Assembly (NCBI GenBank): GCA_023818695.1
Contig: JAMWCF010000001.1
Span: 3,538 to 67,537 of the forward strand
Length of the DNA stretch: 64,000 bases
Direction of reading: 5' to 3'
Source of the DNA: Candidatus Omnitrophota bacterium
Lineage (GTDB): Bacteria > Omnitrophota > Gorgyraeia > 1-14-0-20-64-10
Position numbers and translations under genes: made by a program
Notes under the pieces: generated by a model
Database searches by the model: none
Seen by the model: the letters and a program-made list of their open reading frames with translations, nothing else
Told to the model about the DNA's origin: nothing
In this document: one piece after another, positions 49,291-58,602 of the stretch
How the letters are laid out: each line of letters starts with the position of its first letter
Numbering within the stretch: position 1 is the first letter of the stretch

Positions 49291-50664
49291 ATGGAATGGA
49301 AAGTAGCGGCAGACACCCTCTGGGTGTTGATAACGGCGATGCTGGTCTTCTGGATGAATGCCGGCTTCGCGACGGTGGAAGCCGGTTTTCAGGCGCAGAA
49401 GAACTGCGTCAATATCTTGTCCAAGAACTTCGTTGTTTTTGCTATTGCGTCGATCGCTTATTGGTGGGTTGGTTTCGGCCTGCAGTTCGGGGATGGCAAC
49501 GGCTGGGTCGGGATGCAGGGGTTGTTTTCTCTTCGCGGAGCCGATAATTCGCCGGCGACCGGGGATGCTTATAAGGGTGTCTACAGCTCCTTGAGCTGGA
49601 CCGGCGTTCCTCTGCTGGCGAAATTCTTTTTCCAGCTGGTTTTCTGCGGGACGGCGGCGACCATCGTTTCAGGAGCGGTCGGAGGCAGGATCAAGTATTT
49701 TTCGTTCCTTGTTTTCTCCTTCTTCCTCTGCGCGCTGGTTTATCCGATCGTCGGACACTGGATCTGGGGCGGAGGATGGCTGGCGAAGGCCGGTTTCTGG
49801 GATTTCGCCGGCTCAACGGTTGTTCACTCGGTCGGCGGCTGGGGTGCCCTCGCGGGGGCTCTTCTGCTAGGGCCCCGCTTCGGCAAATACAGCCCCACCG
49901 GTTCCATCATGCCGACGCCGGGCCATAATCTGTCGCTGGCCACGATAGGAACCTTCATCCTGTGGCTTGGCTGGTTCGGGTTCAATCCTGGATCAACCAT
50001 GGCGGCGGATCCGAGCGCCATCGCCCGGATCTGCGTGACGACCAACTCCGCCGCGATTGCCGGGATCCTGGGAGCCACTTTGACCTCCTGGATCACGCTG
50101 GGCAAGCCGGACCTGGGCATGACCTTGAACGGCTGTCTGGCCGGGCTGGTCGGCATCACGGCGCCGTGCGCCTTTGTCAGCGTGGAGAGTTCGCTGATCA
50201 TTGGCTTCATCGCGGGTGTTCTGGTCGTGCTGGCTGTCCCGATCTTTGACCGGCTGCGGATCGACGACCCGGTCGGCGCCACCTCGGTCCACCTCGTCAA
50301 TGGGATCTGGGGGACCCTGGCGGTCGGTCTTTTCGCGCAGGATTCGATCATGCCGAATACCACCGGAAACGGCCTGTTTTTCGGGGGAGGCACCAAGCTC
50401 CTGGCCGCCCAGGCGACCGGTGTTTTCGCCGTTGGGGTGTTCACGTTCGTGACCTGCGCGATCGTGTGGGCTCTGATCAAGGTGACGATGGGAATCCGAG
50501 TCGCTCTCCATGAGGAGATCTCCGGTCTGGATGTCGGCGAGCACGGCAACTCGGCCTATCCGGAGTTCGTGATCCGCAAGCCCTCTTATTCCTATGCGAG
50601 CATCGTGGCCCGTCCCGCGGAATACAGCGAGACGCCGGTTTCTGTGAATGGAGGCAAGAAATGA
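49291..50664 (+). CDS. amtB: Ammonium transporter
   Basis: DFAGSTVVH, WFGFNPGS, DDPVGATSVH, GLDVGEHG. Confidence 0.97.
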   Translation: MEWKVAADTLWVLITAMLVFWMNAGFATVEAGFQAQKNCVNILSKNFVVFAIASIAYWWVGFGLQFGDGNGWVGMQGLFSLRGADNSPATGDAYKGVYSSLSWTGVPLLAKFFFQLVFCGTAATIVSGAVGGRIKYFSFLVFSFFLCALVYPIVGHWIWGGGWLAKAGFWDFAGSTVVHSVGGWGALAGALLLGPRFGKYSPTGSIMPTPGHNLSLATIGTFILWLGWFGFNPGSTMAADPSAIARICVTTNSAAIAGILGATLTSWITLGKPDLGMTLNGCLAGLVGITAPCAFVSVESSLIIGFIAGVLVVLAVPIFDRLRIDDPVGATSVHLVNGIWGTLAVGLFAQDSIMPNTTGNGLFFGGGTKLLAAQATGVFAVGVFTFVTCAIVWALIKVTMGIRVALHEEISGLDVGEHGNSAYPEFVIRKPSYSYASIVARPAEYSETPVSVNGGKK

Positions 50665-50999
50665 AGAAGATTGAAGCGATCATCCGCCCGGAGAAGGTCG
50701 ATGAGGTGCGCCGGGCTCTGGAAAAAGTCGGATTTCCCGGTCTTCACATCGGCGAAGTGGAGGGGCACGGGAAGCAGAAGGGAGTCGTCCAGCAGTGGCG
50801 CGGCGAGCAGTACCGGGTGGAACTGCTTTCCAAGGTGAAGCTGGAGATTGTGGCCAACGACAAGGACGCCTCGAAGATCGTCCAGGCCATCCAGGACGCC
50901 GCCAAAACCGGCGGCGTGGGGGACGGGAAGATTTTCATCTCGCCGGTCGAAGAGGTGATCCGGATCCGGACCGGGGAGAGGGGGGATTCCGCCCTTTAA
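50661..50999 (+). CDS. glnK: PII nitrogen regulatory protein
   Basis: MKKIEAIIRP, GHGKQKG T-loop, TGGVGDGKIF, RIRTGE; coupled to amtB. Confidence 0.95.
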   Translation: MKKIEAIIRPEKVDEVRRALEKVGFPGLHIGEVEGHGKQKGVVQQWRGEQYRVELLSKVKLEIVANDKDASKIVQAIQDAAKTGGVGDGKIFISPVEEVIRIRTGERGDSAL

Positions 51000-51025
51000 A
51001 AAGGGGCGCCCGGCTGGGCAGGGCC

Positions 51026-51063
51026 TTAACCGGGATTTAACATCCCCGTAATATTGTTGTAAC
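51026..51063 (+). promoter_or_regulatory. Putative GlnR box upstream of glnA
   Basis: TTAAC-N6-TTAAC-N6-GTAAT-N6-GTAAC followed by TAGAAT -10 at 51079-51084. Confidence 0.75.
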
Positions 51064-51253
51064 GGCCGGAAATTAAGCTAGAATAGTCAATATTCCGGGC
51101 TGGGGAACCCCACCCCTCCTGTTTCTGCACGGTTGGACACAGTTCTTCCAAAGGGCCGTTTTTCCCTTGTAGAGAAATCGGGCCGAGTGTCTTGATTCGA
51201 ATCAGTTTTTGAGGTGGATTTTGAAAAAGCGAAAGAAGGAGAAACGAAAAGCC

Positions 51254-52795
51254 ATGGCACGAGGGACCACAGCAGCTAAAACACGGGGCAAGGCGTCATT
51301 GAATGGGCGGGGGAGCCAGTCCGAAAAGACGTTCCCCATCGCGGCCGTTGCCAACGAGCCGCCGAAAGCGGATGAAGCGGCTGTCCGCCGGTTATGGAAG
51401 ATTATTAAGGAGAATAACATCCAGGTCGTGGACCTGAAGTTCAACGACCTGCCCGGGCTGTGGCAGCATTTTTCCATCCCGGTCTCCGAGTTGAGCGAGA
51501 ACCCCAGAGAGGGGATCTGGGTCGACGGGATTGGGTTCGACGGGTCGTCGATCCGCGGTTTCCAGAAGATCCAGGAATCGGACATGAACCTGTATGCCGA
51601 CCCGAGCACGGCGATCCTGGACCCGGTTTGCGAGGCGCCGACCTTGAGCATGATCTGCGACATCTATGATCCGTTGACGAAGAAGCCCTACACCCGGGAC
51701 CCCCGCTACATCGCCAGGAAGGCCGAAGCGTACCTGAAGAAAACCGGCATCGCCGACATCAGCTACTGGGGTCCGGAACCGGAATTCTTCATCTTCGATG
51801 ACATCCGGTTCGATTCGACGGAAAACTCCAGCTACTACTTCGTCGATTCCATCGAAGGAGAGTGGAACTCCGGCCGGGACGAGAAGCCAAACCTCGGCTA
51901 CAAGCCCCGCTTCAAGGAAGGGTACTTCCCGGTGCCGCCTCACGATGTCTTTCAGGACATCCGCAGCGAGATCATGAAGAAGGCCCGGGAGGCCGGCGTC
52001 CCCGTGGAGAAGCATCACCATGAGGTGGCCACGGCCGGTCAGGCGGAGATCGACATGCGCTACGGCACCCTCACCCAGATGGCGGACTGGCTGATGACGC
52101 TCAAATACGTCGTCAAGAACGTCGCCCGCAAGCACGGCAAGGTGGCCACCTACATGCCCAAGCCGCTCTTCGGCGACAACGGATCCGGCATGCACACCCA
52201 CCAGAGTCTCGCGAAAGAGGGGACCAACCTGTTCTACGACAAGAACGGCTACGCCCTGATCAGCCAGACCTGCAAGTGGTACATCGGCGGGCTGCTTAAG
52301 CATGCCCCGGCAATCCTGGCCTTCGCGGCTCCCGGCACCAACTCTTACAAGCGGTTGGTCCCCGGCTACGAGGCGCCTGTGAACTTGGCCTACTCGGCCC
52401 GGAACCGGTCGGCGATCTGCCGCATCCCGGTTTACACGCCGCACCCGAAAAGCAAGAGGGTGGAGTTCCGCGCCCCCGACCCCTCCTGCAACCCGTACAT
52501 CACGTTCGCGGCGCTGCTTATGGCGGGGCTGGATGGCATCCAGAACCGGATCGATCCGGGACAGCCGGTGGATGAGAACATCTACGAGATGCCGGCGGAC
52601 AAGGCGCCCAAGCAGGTGCCCGGTTCGCTGGAGGAGGCGCTTGACGCCCTCGAGAGGGACCACGCGTTCCTGCTCAAGGGAGACGTCTTCACCAAGGACG
52701 TCATCGAGGTGTGGCTGGAGTACAAGCGGCAGGAGATTGACAAAGTCCGGCTCCGACCGCATCCGTACGAGTTCTACCTGTACTTCGACGCCTAA
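51254..52795 (+). CDS. glnA: Glutamine synthetase type I-beta
   Basis: [32 protein letters not shown], adenylylation-loop Tyr (NIYEM), YLYFDA end. Confidence 0.97.
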   Translation: MARGTTAAKTRGKASLNGRGSQSEKTFPIAAVANEPPKADEAAVRRLWKIIKENNIQVVDLKFNDLPGLWQHFSIPVSELSENPREGIWVDGIGFDGSSIRGFQKIQESDMNLYADPSTAILDPVCEAPTLSMICDIYDPLTKKPYTRDPRYIARKAEAYLKKTGIADISYWGPEPEFFIFDDIRFDSTENSSYYFVDSIEGEWNSGRDEKPNLGYKPRFKEGYFPVPPHDVFQDIRSEIMKKAREAGVPVEKHHHEVATAGQAEIDMRYGTLTQMADWLMTLKYVVKNVARKHGKVATYMPKPLFGDNGSGMHTHQSLAKEGTNLFYDKNGYALISQTCKWYIGGLLKHAPAILAFAAPGTNSYKRLVPGYEAPVNLAYSARNRSAICRIPVYTPHPKSKRVEFRAPDPSCNPYITFAALLMAGLDGIQNRIDPGQPVDENIYEMPADKAPKQVPGSLEEALDALERDHAFLLKGDVFTKDVIEVWLEYKRQEIDKVRLRPHPYEFYLYFDA

Positions 52796-52822
52796 GAGTC
52801 AAGGTTCCTTGTCAAAGTGATT

Positions 52823-52865
52823 CAAGCGACGCCCGGGCCGCCACGCGCGCCCGGGCGTTTGCTTG
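52823..52865 (+). terminator. Intergenic stem-loop between the two glnA genes (terminator or stabiliser)
   Basis: CAAGCGACGCCCGGGC ... GCCCGGGCGTTTGCTTG inverted repeat. Confidence 0.55.
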
Positions 52866-52879
52866 TCGAGTGAGAGCCA

Positions 52880-54217
52880 ATGCCCGCTATTGAGCTGAAA
52901 GACAAAGAATACGTCCTGAAATCGGCCCGCGACCTCGGGGTCAAGTTCATCCGGTTGTGGTTCACCGACATCCTCGGGTTCCTGAAGAACGTGGCGATCA
53001 CCATCGAGGAACTGGAGGAGGCCCTGGAGGAAGGGGTCGGTTTCGACGGTTCCTCCATCGAGGGGTTCACCCGGTCCGAGGAGTCCGACATGGTGGCTTT
53101 GCCGGATCCGAACACCTTCGCGGTTTTGCCCTGGAGGCCGAAAGCCAACGCCGTTGCCCGAATGTTCTGCGACATCGTGCGCCCTGGCGGGGAACCGTTT
53201 GAAGGGGATCCCCGCTACGTTTTGAAGCAGAATCTGAAGAAGGCGGCCGAGTTGGGCTACACCTTTTACGTCGGGCCGGAGCTGGAGCATTTCTATTTCA
53301 AGTCGGCCGAGGAGCCGATCCCCTTGGATGCCGGCGGCTATTTCGACCTGACCCCGCTGGATCTGGCTTCCAACCTGCGGCGTGAAACGATCCTGGCGCT
53401 GGAGGAGCTGGGGATCGGCGTCGAGTTCAGCCACCATGAGGTGGCCCCCTCCCAGCATGAGATCGATTTCCGGTACGCCGACGCCCTGACGATGGCGGAC
53501 AACGTGATGACCTACCGGCTCGTCACCAAGGAGATCGCCCTGGAGCACGGGGTCTACGCCACTTTCATGCCGAAGCCGATGGCCGGGCAGAACGGTTCCG
53601 GCATGCATGTGAACATCTCCCTCTTTAAAGGGGAGAGGAACGCCTTCTTCGATCCGAACGATCCGGCCCATCTGTCCGGAGTGGCTAAGAGCTTTCTTGC
53701 CGGGATCCTCAAGCATGTCAGGGAGTTCACCGTGGTCACCAACCAGTGGGTGAATTCCTACAAGCGGCTGACCCCCGGTTATGAGGCGCCGGCTTATGTC
53801 ACCTGGGCTTTAACGAACCGGGCCGATCTGGTGCGTGTCCCCAGGGCTAAACCAGGTAAAGAAGAGGCCTGCCGAATTGAACTGCGGTCTCCTGACCCGG
53901 CTTGCAACCCGTACCTGGCTTTCAGCGCCATCTTGGCGGCCGGACTGGATGGTATCCGGAAGAAAGAATCTCTTCCGCCTGAAGCGCAAACTAACGTGGC
54001 CTCCCTCTCCCCCGCGGAGAGGTCCCAAAAGGGGATCCAGGCCCTTCCCAGAGATCTGGGAGAGGCGATTGAAGCGGCCAGCGGCTCGGCGCTTCTGAAA
54101 TCGGCGTTGGGCGACCACATCTACAGTTCCTTCCTGCGCAACAAGCAGATGGAATGGGAAAAATACTGCTCTGCCGTCACCGATTTTGACCTGAAGACCT
54201 ACTTACCGTTGCTGTAA
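52880..54217 (+). CDS. glnA: Glutamine synthetase type I-alpha-like paralog
   Basis: FDGSSIEGF, HHEVAPSQHEI, NGSGMH, GYEAP, RIELRSPDP; lacks the beta-type insert and adenylylation Tyr. Confidence 0.9.
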   Translation: MPAIELKDKEYVLKSARDLGVKFIRLWFTDILGFLKNVAITIEELEEALEEGVGFDGSSIEGFTRSEESDMVALPDPNTFAVLPWRPKANAVARMFCDIVRPGGEPFEGDPRYVLKQNLKKAAELGYTFYVGPELEHFYFKSAEEPIPLDAGGYFDLTPLDLASNLRRETILALEELGIGVEFSHHEVAPSQHEIDFRYADALTMADNVMTYRLVTKEIALEHGVYATFMPKPMAGQNGSGMHVNISLFKGERNAFFDPNDPAHLSGVAKSFLAGILKHVREFTVVTNQWVNSYKRLTPGYEAPAYVTWALTNRADLVRVPRAKPGKEEACRIELRSPDPACNPYLAFSAILAAGLDGIRKKESLPPEAQTNVASLSPAERSQKGIQALPRDLGEAIEAASGSALLKSALGDHIYSSFLRNKQMEWEKYCSAVTDFDLKTYLPLL

Positions 54218-54426
54218 TAAATAGTAAAAGCTTATCGAACGCATATTCTCCTTCTCCCGATTTCGATGGTCTTTGGTAATGCACCCCTGTCGGCAAGCCG
54301 GTTCAAACGCAGATCGATCCGGTGCAGGAGGCGTCCGCCATCCTGGCCAAAAATCTCAATAATGTATCTCCTGCGAATGCAGCGCCTTCCATAGTAGTTA
54401 ATAGGAATTAAATCTAATATAAGGCC

Positions 54427-54456
54427 TTGCCAAATCAGGTTTAGTTAAGGTAAACT
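54427..54456 (+). promoter_or_regulatory. Possible sigma70 promoter of the orphan secreted protein
   Basis: TTGCCA-N18-TAAACT after an AT-rich stretch. Confidence 0.45.
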
Positions 54457-54500
54457 TGACCTCACCATTGAGGAAACACCATTTCCTGCCGGTTCTTACG

Positions 54501-57416
54501 ATGAGATCTATAACAGTTTTCAAGAGAAGCATTGCCTTTTTCGCGGCGATCTCGCTGGGATTGCCAGGGACCTCCTTTGCCTTGAGGCCGGTCAGCCCTG
54601 TGGAGTCAGGCGTCCAGGATCAGCTGGTCCTCTCCCTGTCTGCTGGCCTGGAGGAAGAGAAGGATTTGGGCCTGCGCAGGCGGGTCGATGTCGGCGGACA
54701 GGTGGTGGTCTGGAGCTTCAACCAGGAACAGCCCCCTCAGATCGTCCGGATTCGGTTGGCGGAAGTCAAAGGAATGAAGAGAGGTGCCATCGAGTTCCAG
54801 GGGCCTCCGACAGTCTTGATCTTCCGTCAAAAGCTGTGGGACCAGATTACGCGCGAGGTCACAGAGAGGGGCGGTTTCAATTCCGGCGGCGGCAGGGGCC
54901 ATCTGCAAACATTCGTCAAGGAGGTGGAGGAGGGGAAATGGCTCAAGTTGAATTTCAAGGCGGAAAAGGATTATCGGAGCAAGGGCACTTACCCGCCCGG
55001 TGAACGGGGGGAGGGGGTCATCCTGTACGATCTGACCTCCAACCGGGAGATTGCGCGGGTCTTCCTCCGGGCCGTCGCGTCGAACAGTTCAGCCGAACTT
55101 CGGCTCGTCGCCCCGAAGGACGTTAAGCTGGATGATGAAGCGACTTATCTCTCCAAACTGGCCGACCTGGCGGCGCGGCCGATCCCGTACGATGAGGCGA
55201 TCCTTATCGATGACAGCGCTCTCGTCCCCGTCCGCCTGTTCGCCGATACCTCCGGCGGCGCGCCGAACAGCTTTGTGCCCGTCCCGTCCCAAGGGGTTTT
55301 CATCCCCTCTACTTACCTGGAAGAGTGGAGGGGGCGGGGTTTCTTCATCCTTAACCGCCAGGGGAATGGGCAGCGTTTCCTGCACGTCGTGCTTGGTAAT
55401 AAAGCCCATTTCCCGAACGTCAACACGGTTTTCATGCAGGCGGGAGCCGATCCTGTCGCGGCTCGGTTGAGTTTGTCCAGGTCAAGCCGGACCGAAGACG
55501 GATTCACTGTGGAGGTGACGCCGCAGGGAGTGACAATCCGGCCCGGATCAGGACAGCAGATACTGGTTGAAAGGTCATTCATTCCCTTTGAGATGAACCT
55601 GCGGTCCCTTTTCGAAGATGCCGGGGTCGCTCTGGAAATGCAGCGATGGAGCACGTTGAGCAATCTTCTGACCCGCGTCTCCCGCCTGCAAAAGCCGGAA
55701 CGTGCCCGGCAGACGACCTTCGTCCGAAGGCAGTTGGATACGCTGGAGATCATGCGGATGCAGATGCTGTTGAGCCGCCGCTTGCCTTCCGTCTGGATCG
55801 TCGGCAATCCCTTGTCCAGATCGGCTGAAAACGATTACTGGGCCGCGCTGGCGGCCGGATCTCGGCTTTTGAACCAGCAGCCGCCGCCTCACCAGGAAAC
55901 GGTCCGGATGGTCAGAACGATGATCGCGCAGGCGGTTTTGACATTAAGCGCGGCCGGCTCCCTGGCGCAGCGCACGCGGATTGATCAGATCATGACCAAC
56001 CCGGACGTTCCCCGGGGCCATGTCTACGCCCTGTTCCGGGAAAGATGGCTTGCCCGCGTCCTCCGGGAGCAGGAAAGGGGTCGGCTTGAGCTGCCGAATG
56101 AGTTTTATACCCGCGCCCTGGCCTATGCCCTCATGCAGGTCATGAGCCCCGCGGATCAGTTTTTGAGCCCAGCCGACCGCCTGGACGCGCCGGATGCCCT
56201 GCTGACCTTTTTGCAGGGAGGGGTACCGGCCGATCACCTCGAATCGGCGCGCCAGCGCCACATGGTTCGGAGAATCGTGACAAAGGAGTTGTGGAATGTG
56301 GAGCAGAGCAGGCCGGGACAGATGCCAGAGGATATGATGGAAGAGGTGCTGATGCCTTACGACATCACGATTTTGGAGGCAGCCGCCATCGCCGCACGCG
56401 TTTTGTCTCGTGTGGCGGAGGAGATGGGACACGCTGGAGACGCGGCGAAATTCCGGCAGCTCTCCGAGGAGATTCAGGAACAGCTGCGGGGGCGGGTTTC
56501 CGGCAGGATGCCGCGCCGGCTGGATATGGTGAACGTGGTCCGGGGACCGGTCCAGATTCTTGCGGACAACCTGAGAGAAGAGCAGGAGGTCATCGAAACG
56601 CTGCACGGCCACATGAAGCGTTTACTGGAGGAAGTCACGGAGGAACCGCGCCTCGATCCGGGCTGGGTCCGGTTCTACAACGAGGCGACAGGCAGCAACT
56701 ACTGGATTGAGCTGGGGCCGCCGGATGAATGGCAGGAGCGTTTCGGCCAGGAGGGGGATCTCATGGAGTCGGCCCTCTGGGCGATTTCCGCCGGTGCGGC
56801 AGGCCGGTCCTTCCGGGTGCAGGTCCGGACTTACAGGGAGCGGCATCACAGCAGGTGGGTTCAGGTCCTTGTGCCGGAGGTGACCTATGGTCCCCCCCTG
56901 CCTGATCAGCCCGAGCGCCTGGTGATGCCTTCCGCCGGTCTGGAGGGGACTCTTCCTTTTCGAGCGGTGGACGCGGAGGAATTCGCCCGGAACCTGCCGT
57001 CCCGCTACAGGGATTCCATCCCCGGCGTTTTCAGCAGGGTCTGGGTCGTTCCATTGCCAGCCCGCGTGAATGTTTATTCCCAGGAACCGCTTCTACAGGG
57101 CCTGGAGCGGGATTTCATCGGCAAGCTGCCGGCGGATTTGGCGGCGGCCGTTCGGCTCGTACGGGTCCCTCTGGCGCCGACGGAGTCGTACGAAAAACCC
57201 GGCGTGATTGTAGAAGACGCGGGTCTGGATCTCTCGGTTGATAATCCCCTGAATCTTCCGGTTCTGAAGCTGTGGCTGGCCGACCTGGCCCGCATCAATC
57301 CGGCAGCCGTCATTATGCTGGCCCTGGGTGGCTATCAGGATCCGAATGTGCAGCTTCTGGGGTTGATGACCTACCAGGACGCGCAAGGGCAGACCTTCCT
57401 CGCCATCTTCGCGTAA
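54501..57416 (+). CDS. Large secreted orphan protein with ALRP/SAGLE motifs and CsrA-like segments
   Basis: About 970-codon ORF; signal peptide ending TSFA-LRP; SAGLEE at 54639 and SAGLEG at 56931; no enzyme family recognised. Confidence 0.85.
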   Translation: MRSITVFKRSIAFFAAISLGLPGTSFALRPVSPVESGVQDQLVLSLSAGLEEEKDLGLRRRVDVGGQVVVWSFNQEQPPQIVRIRLAEVKGMKRGAIEFQGPPTVLIFRQKLWDQITREVTERGGFNSGGGRGHLQTFVKEVEEGKWLKLNFKAEKDYRSKGTYPPGERGEGVILYDLTSNREIARVFLRAVASNSSAELRLVAPKDVKLDDEATYLSKLADLAARPIPYDEAILIDDSALVPVRLFADTSGGAPNSFVPVPSQGVFIPSTYLEEWRGRGFFILNRQGNGQRFLHVVLGNKAHFPNVNTVFMQAGADPVAARLSLSRSSRTEDGFTVEVTPQGVTIRPGSGQQILVERSFIPFEMNLRSLFEDAGVALEMQRWSTLSNLLTRVSRLQKPERARQTTFVRRQLDTLEIMRMQMLLSRRLPSVWIVGNPLSRSAENDYWAALAAGSRLLNQQPPPHQETVRMVRTMIAQAVLTLSAAGSLAQRTRIDQIMTNPDVPRGHVYALFRERWLARVLREQERGRLELPNEFYTRALAYALMQVMSPADQFLSPADRLDAPDALLTFLQGGVPADHLESARQRHMVRRIVTKELWNVEQSRPGQMPEDMMEEVLMPYDITILEAAAIAARVLSRVAEEMGHAGDAAKFRQLSEEIQEQLRGRVSGRMPRRLDMVNVVRGPVQILADNLREEQEVIETLHGHMKRLLEEVTEEPRLDPGWVRFYNEATGSNYWIELGPPDEWQERFGQEGDLMESALWAISAGAAGRSFRVQVRTYRERHHSRWVQVLVPEVTYGPPLPDQPERLVMPSAGLEGTLPFRAVDAEEFARNLPSRYRDSIPGVFSRVWVVPLPARVNVYSQEPLLQGLERDFIGKLPADLAAAVRLVRVPLAPTESYEKPGVIVEDAGLDLSVDNPLNLPVLKLWLADLARINPAAVIMLALGGYQDPNVQLLGLMTYQDAQGQTFLAIFA

Positions 57417-57429
57417 AACCCGGTGCAGA

Positions 57430-58602
57430 TCAGCCGGCCTTTCTCAATTCCTCCAGGATTGTCTGCGCGGCTCTCCGGCTGGCGCCCGTCTCACCGAGGG
57501 AGTGTTTGATTTTCCGGAAATCCTCGACCATCTTGTTTCGCCAGGAGGCCTCTTTCCATAGCTGGATTGCCGTGGCGGCGATCAGAGCGGGGGAGGCGCT
57601 GTGCTGGATGAATTCCGGGACGATCTTTTTGTCGGTGATCCGCCCGTTTTCATCGGCTGATGCCACCACGTTGACCAGTCCGATCACCGGGATCTTGATG
57701 AGCAGACGTGAAAGGAAATAGGTCGGCCACGAGGTCTTGTAGGCGATCAGCATCGGCCTTTCCAGCAGGGCGCATTCCAGCGTGGCCGTCCCCGAGGCGA
57801 CCAGCACAAAATCGCAACTGTGGATGCAACTGTAATCCCAGCGTTCGACGACTTTCGGCTTCAGGGCGGATCGGGTCATCGCCTGCCTGTAGATCTCCCA
57901 GTCCAGATGCGGCGCTTTGATGAGGAGGAACTGGGTCGTGGAAGGCAGCTCTTTCTGCATCCGCTCGCCGGCGGCGAGAAAAATCGGGAGGATCCGACGG
58001 ACCTCCCCTTCGCGGGACCCCGGCAGCAGGCCGACGACTGGCATACGGTCTTCCAGCCCCAGCTGTTGCAGGGACTCTGCCCTGGAAAGGGCCGGCTTGA
58101 CATGTTCGACCAGCGGATGTCCGACGAAAGTTACGGGAACGCCGGCCTGTTCGTAGATCTTTTGCTCGAAGGGGAAGACCACCAGCATCCGGCTGACCAG
58201 GGATTTGATTTTGTGGATCCGGCCCGGATCCCAGGCCCAGATCTGTGGGCTGATGAAATAAACCACCGGGATCCCGCGGGTTTTCGCTTCACGAGCGAAC
58301 CGGAGGTTGAAGCCGGGGTAGTCGATCAGAACCACCACGTCCGGCCGCCTCTCATCCAGCGTTGCGGCCGCTTTCCGGAACATGGCCTGGAAGGTTCCGA
58401 GATGGCGCAGGACCTCCACGATGCCGATCACCGCCAGCTCCGTCGGGTCGACGAGGATTTCCACGCCGGCCTGTTTCATGCCGCTTCCGCCGAAACCGAA
58501 AAGCTGCAGGTCCGGTTCCAGGGCGAAGAGTTCGGCAGCCAGGTGTGCGCCGTGGAGATCGCCGGAGGATTCGCCGGCGATTAGCATGATTTTTTTTGTC
58601 AT
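57430..58602 (-). CDS. lpxB: Lipid-A-disaccharide synthase
   Basis: IAGESSGDLHG, IDYPGFN, SPQIWAW, FVGHPL, LLPGSR, SGTATLE. Confidence 0.96.
   Translation of the reverse strand: MTKKIMLIAGESSGDLHGAHLAAELFALEPDLQLFGFGGSGMKQAGVEILVDPTELAVIGIVEVLRHLGTFQAMFRKAAATLDERRPDVVVLIDYPGFNLRFAREAKTRGIPVVYFISPQIWAWDPGRIHKIKSLVSRMLVVFPFEQKIYEQAGVPVTFVGHPLVEHVKPALSRAESLQQLGLEDRMPVVGLLPGSREGEVRRILPIFLAAGERMQKELPSTTQFLLIKAPHLDWEIYRQAMTRSALKPKVVERWDYSCIHSCDFVLVASGTATLECALLERPMLIAYKTSWPTYFLSRLLIKIPVIGLVNVVASADENGRITDKKIVPEFIQHSASPALIAATAIQLWKEASWRNKMVEDFRKIKHSLGETGASRRAAQTILEELRKAG

Noticed and set aside
54231-54445. Minus-strand open frame of about 70 codons (..YIIEIFGQDGGRLLHRIDLRL..) between glnA and the secreted protein
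   Set aside because: No conventional start codon or RBS near its 5' end and no recognisable homology
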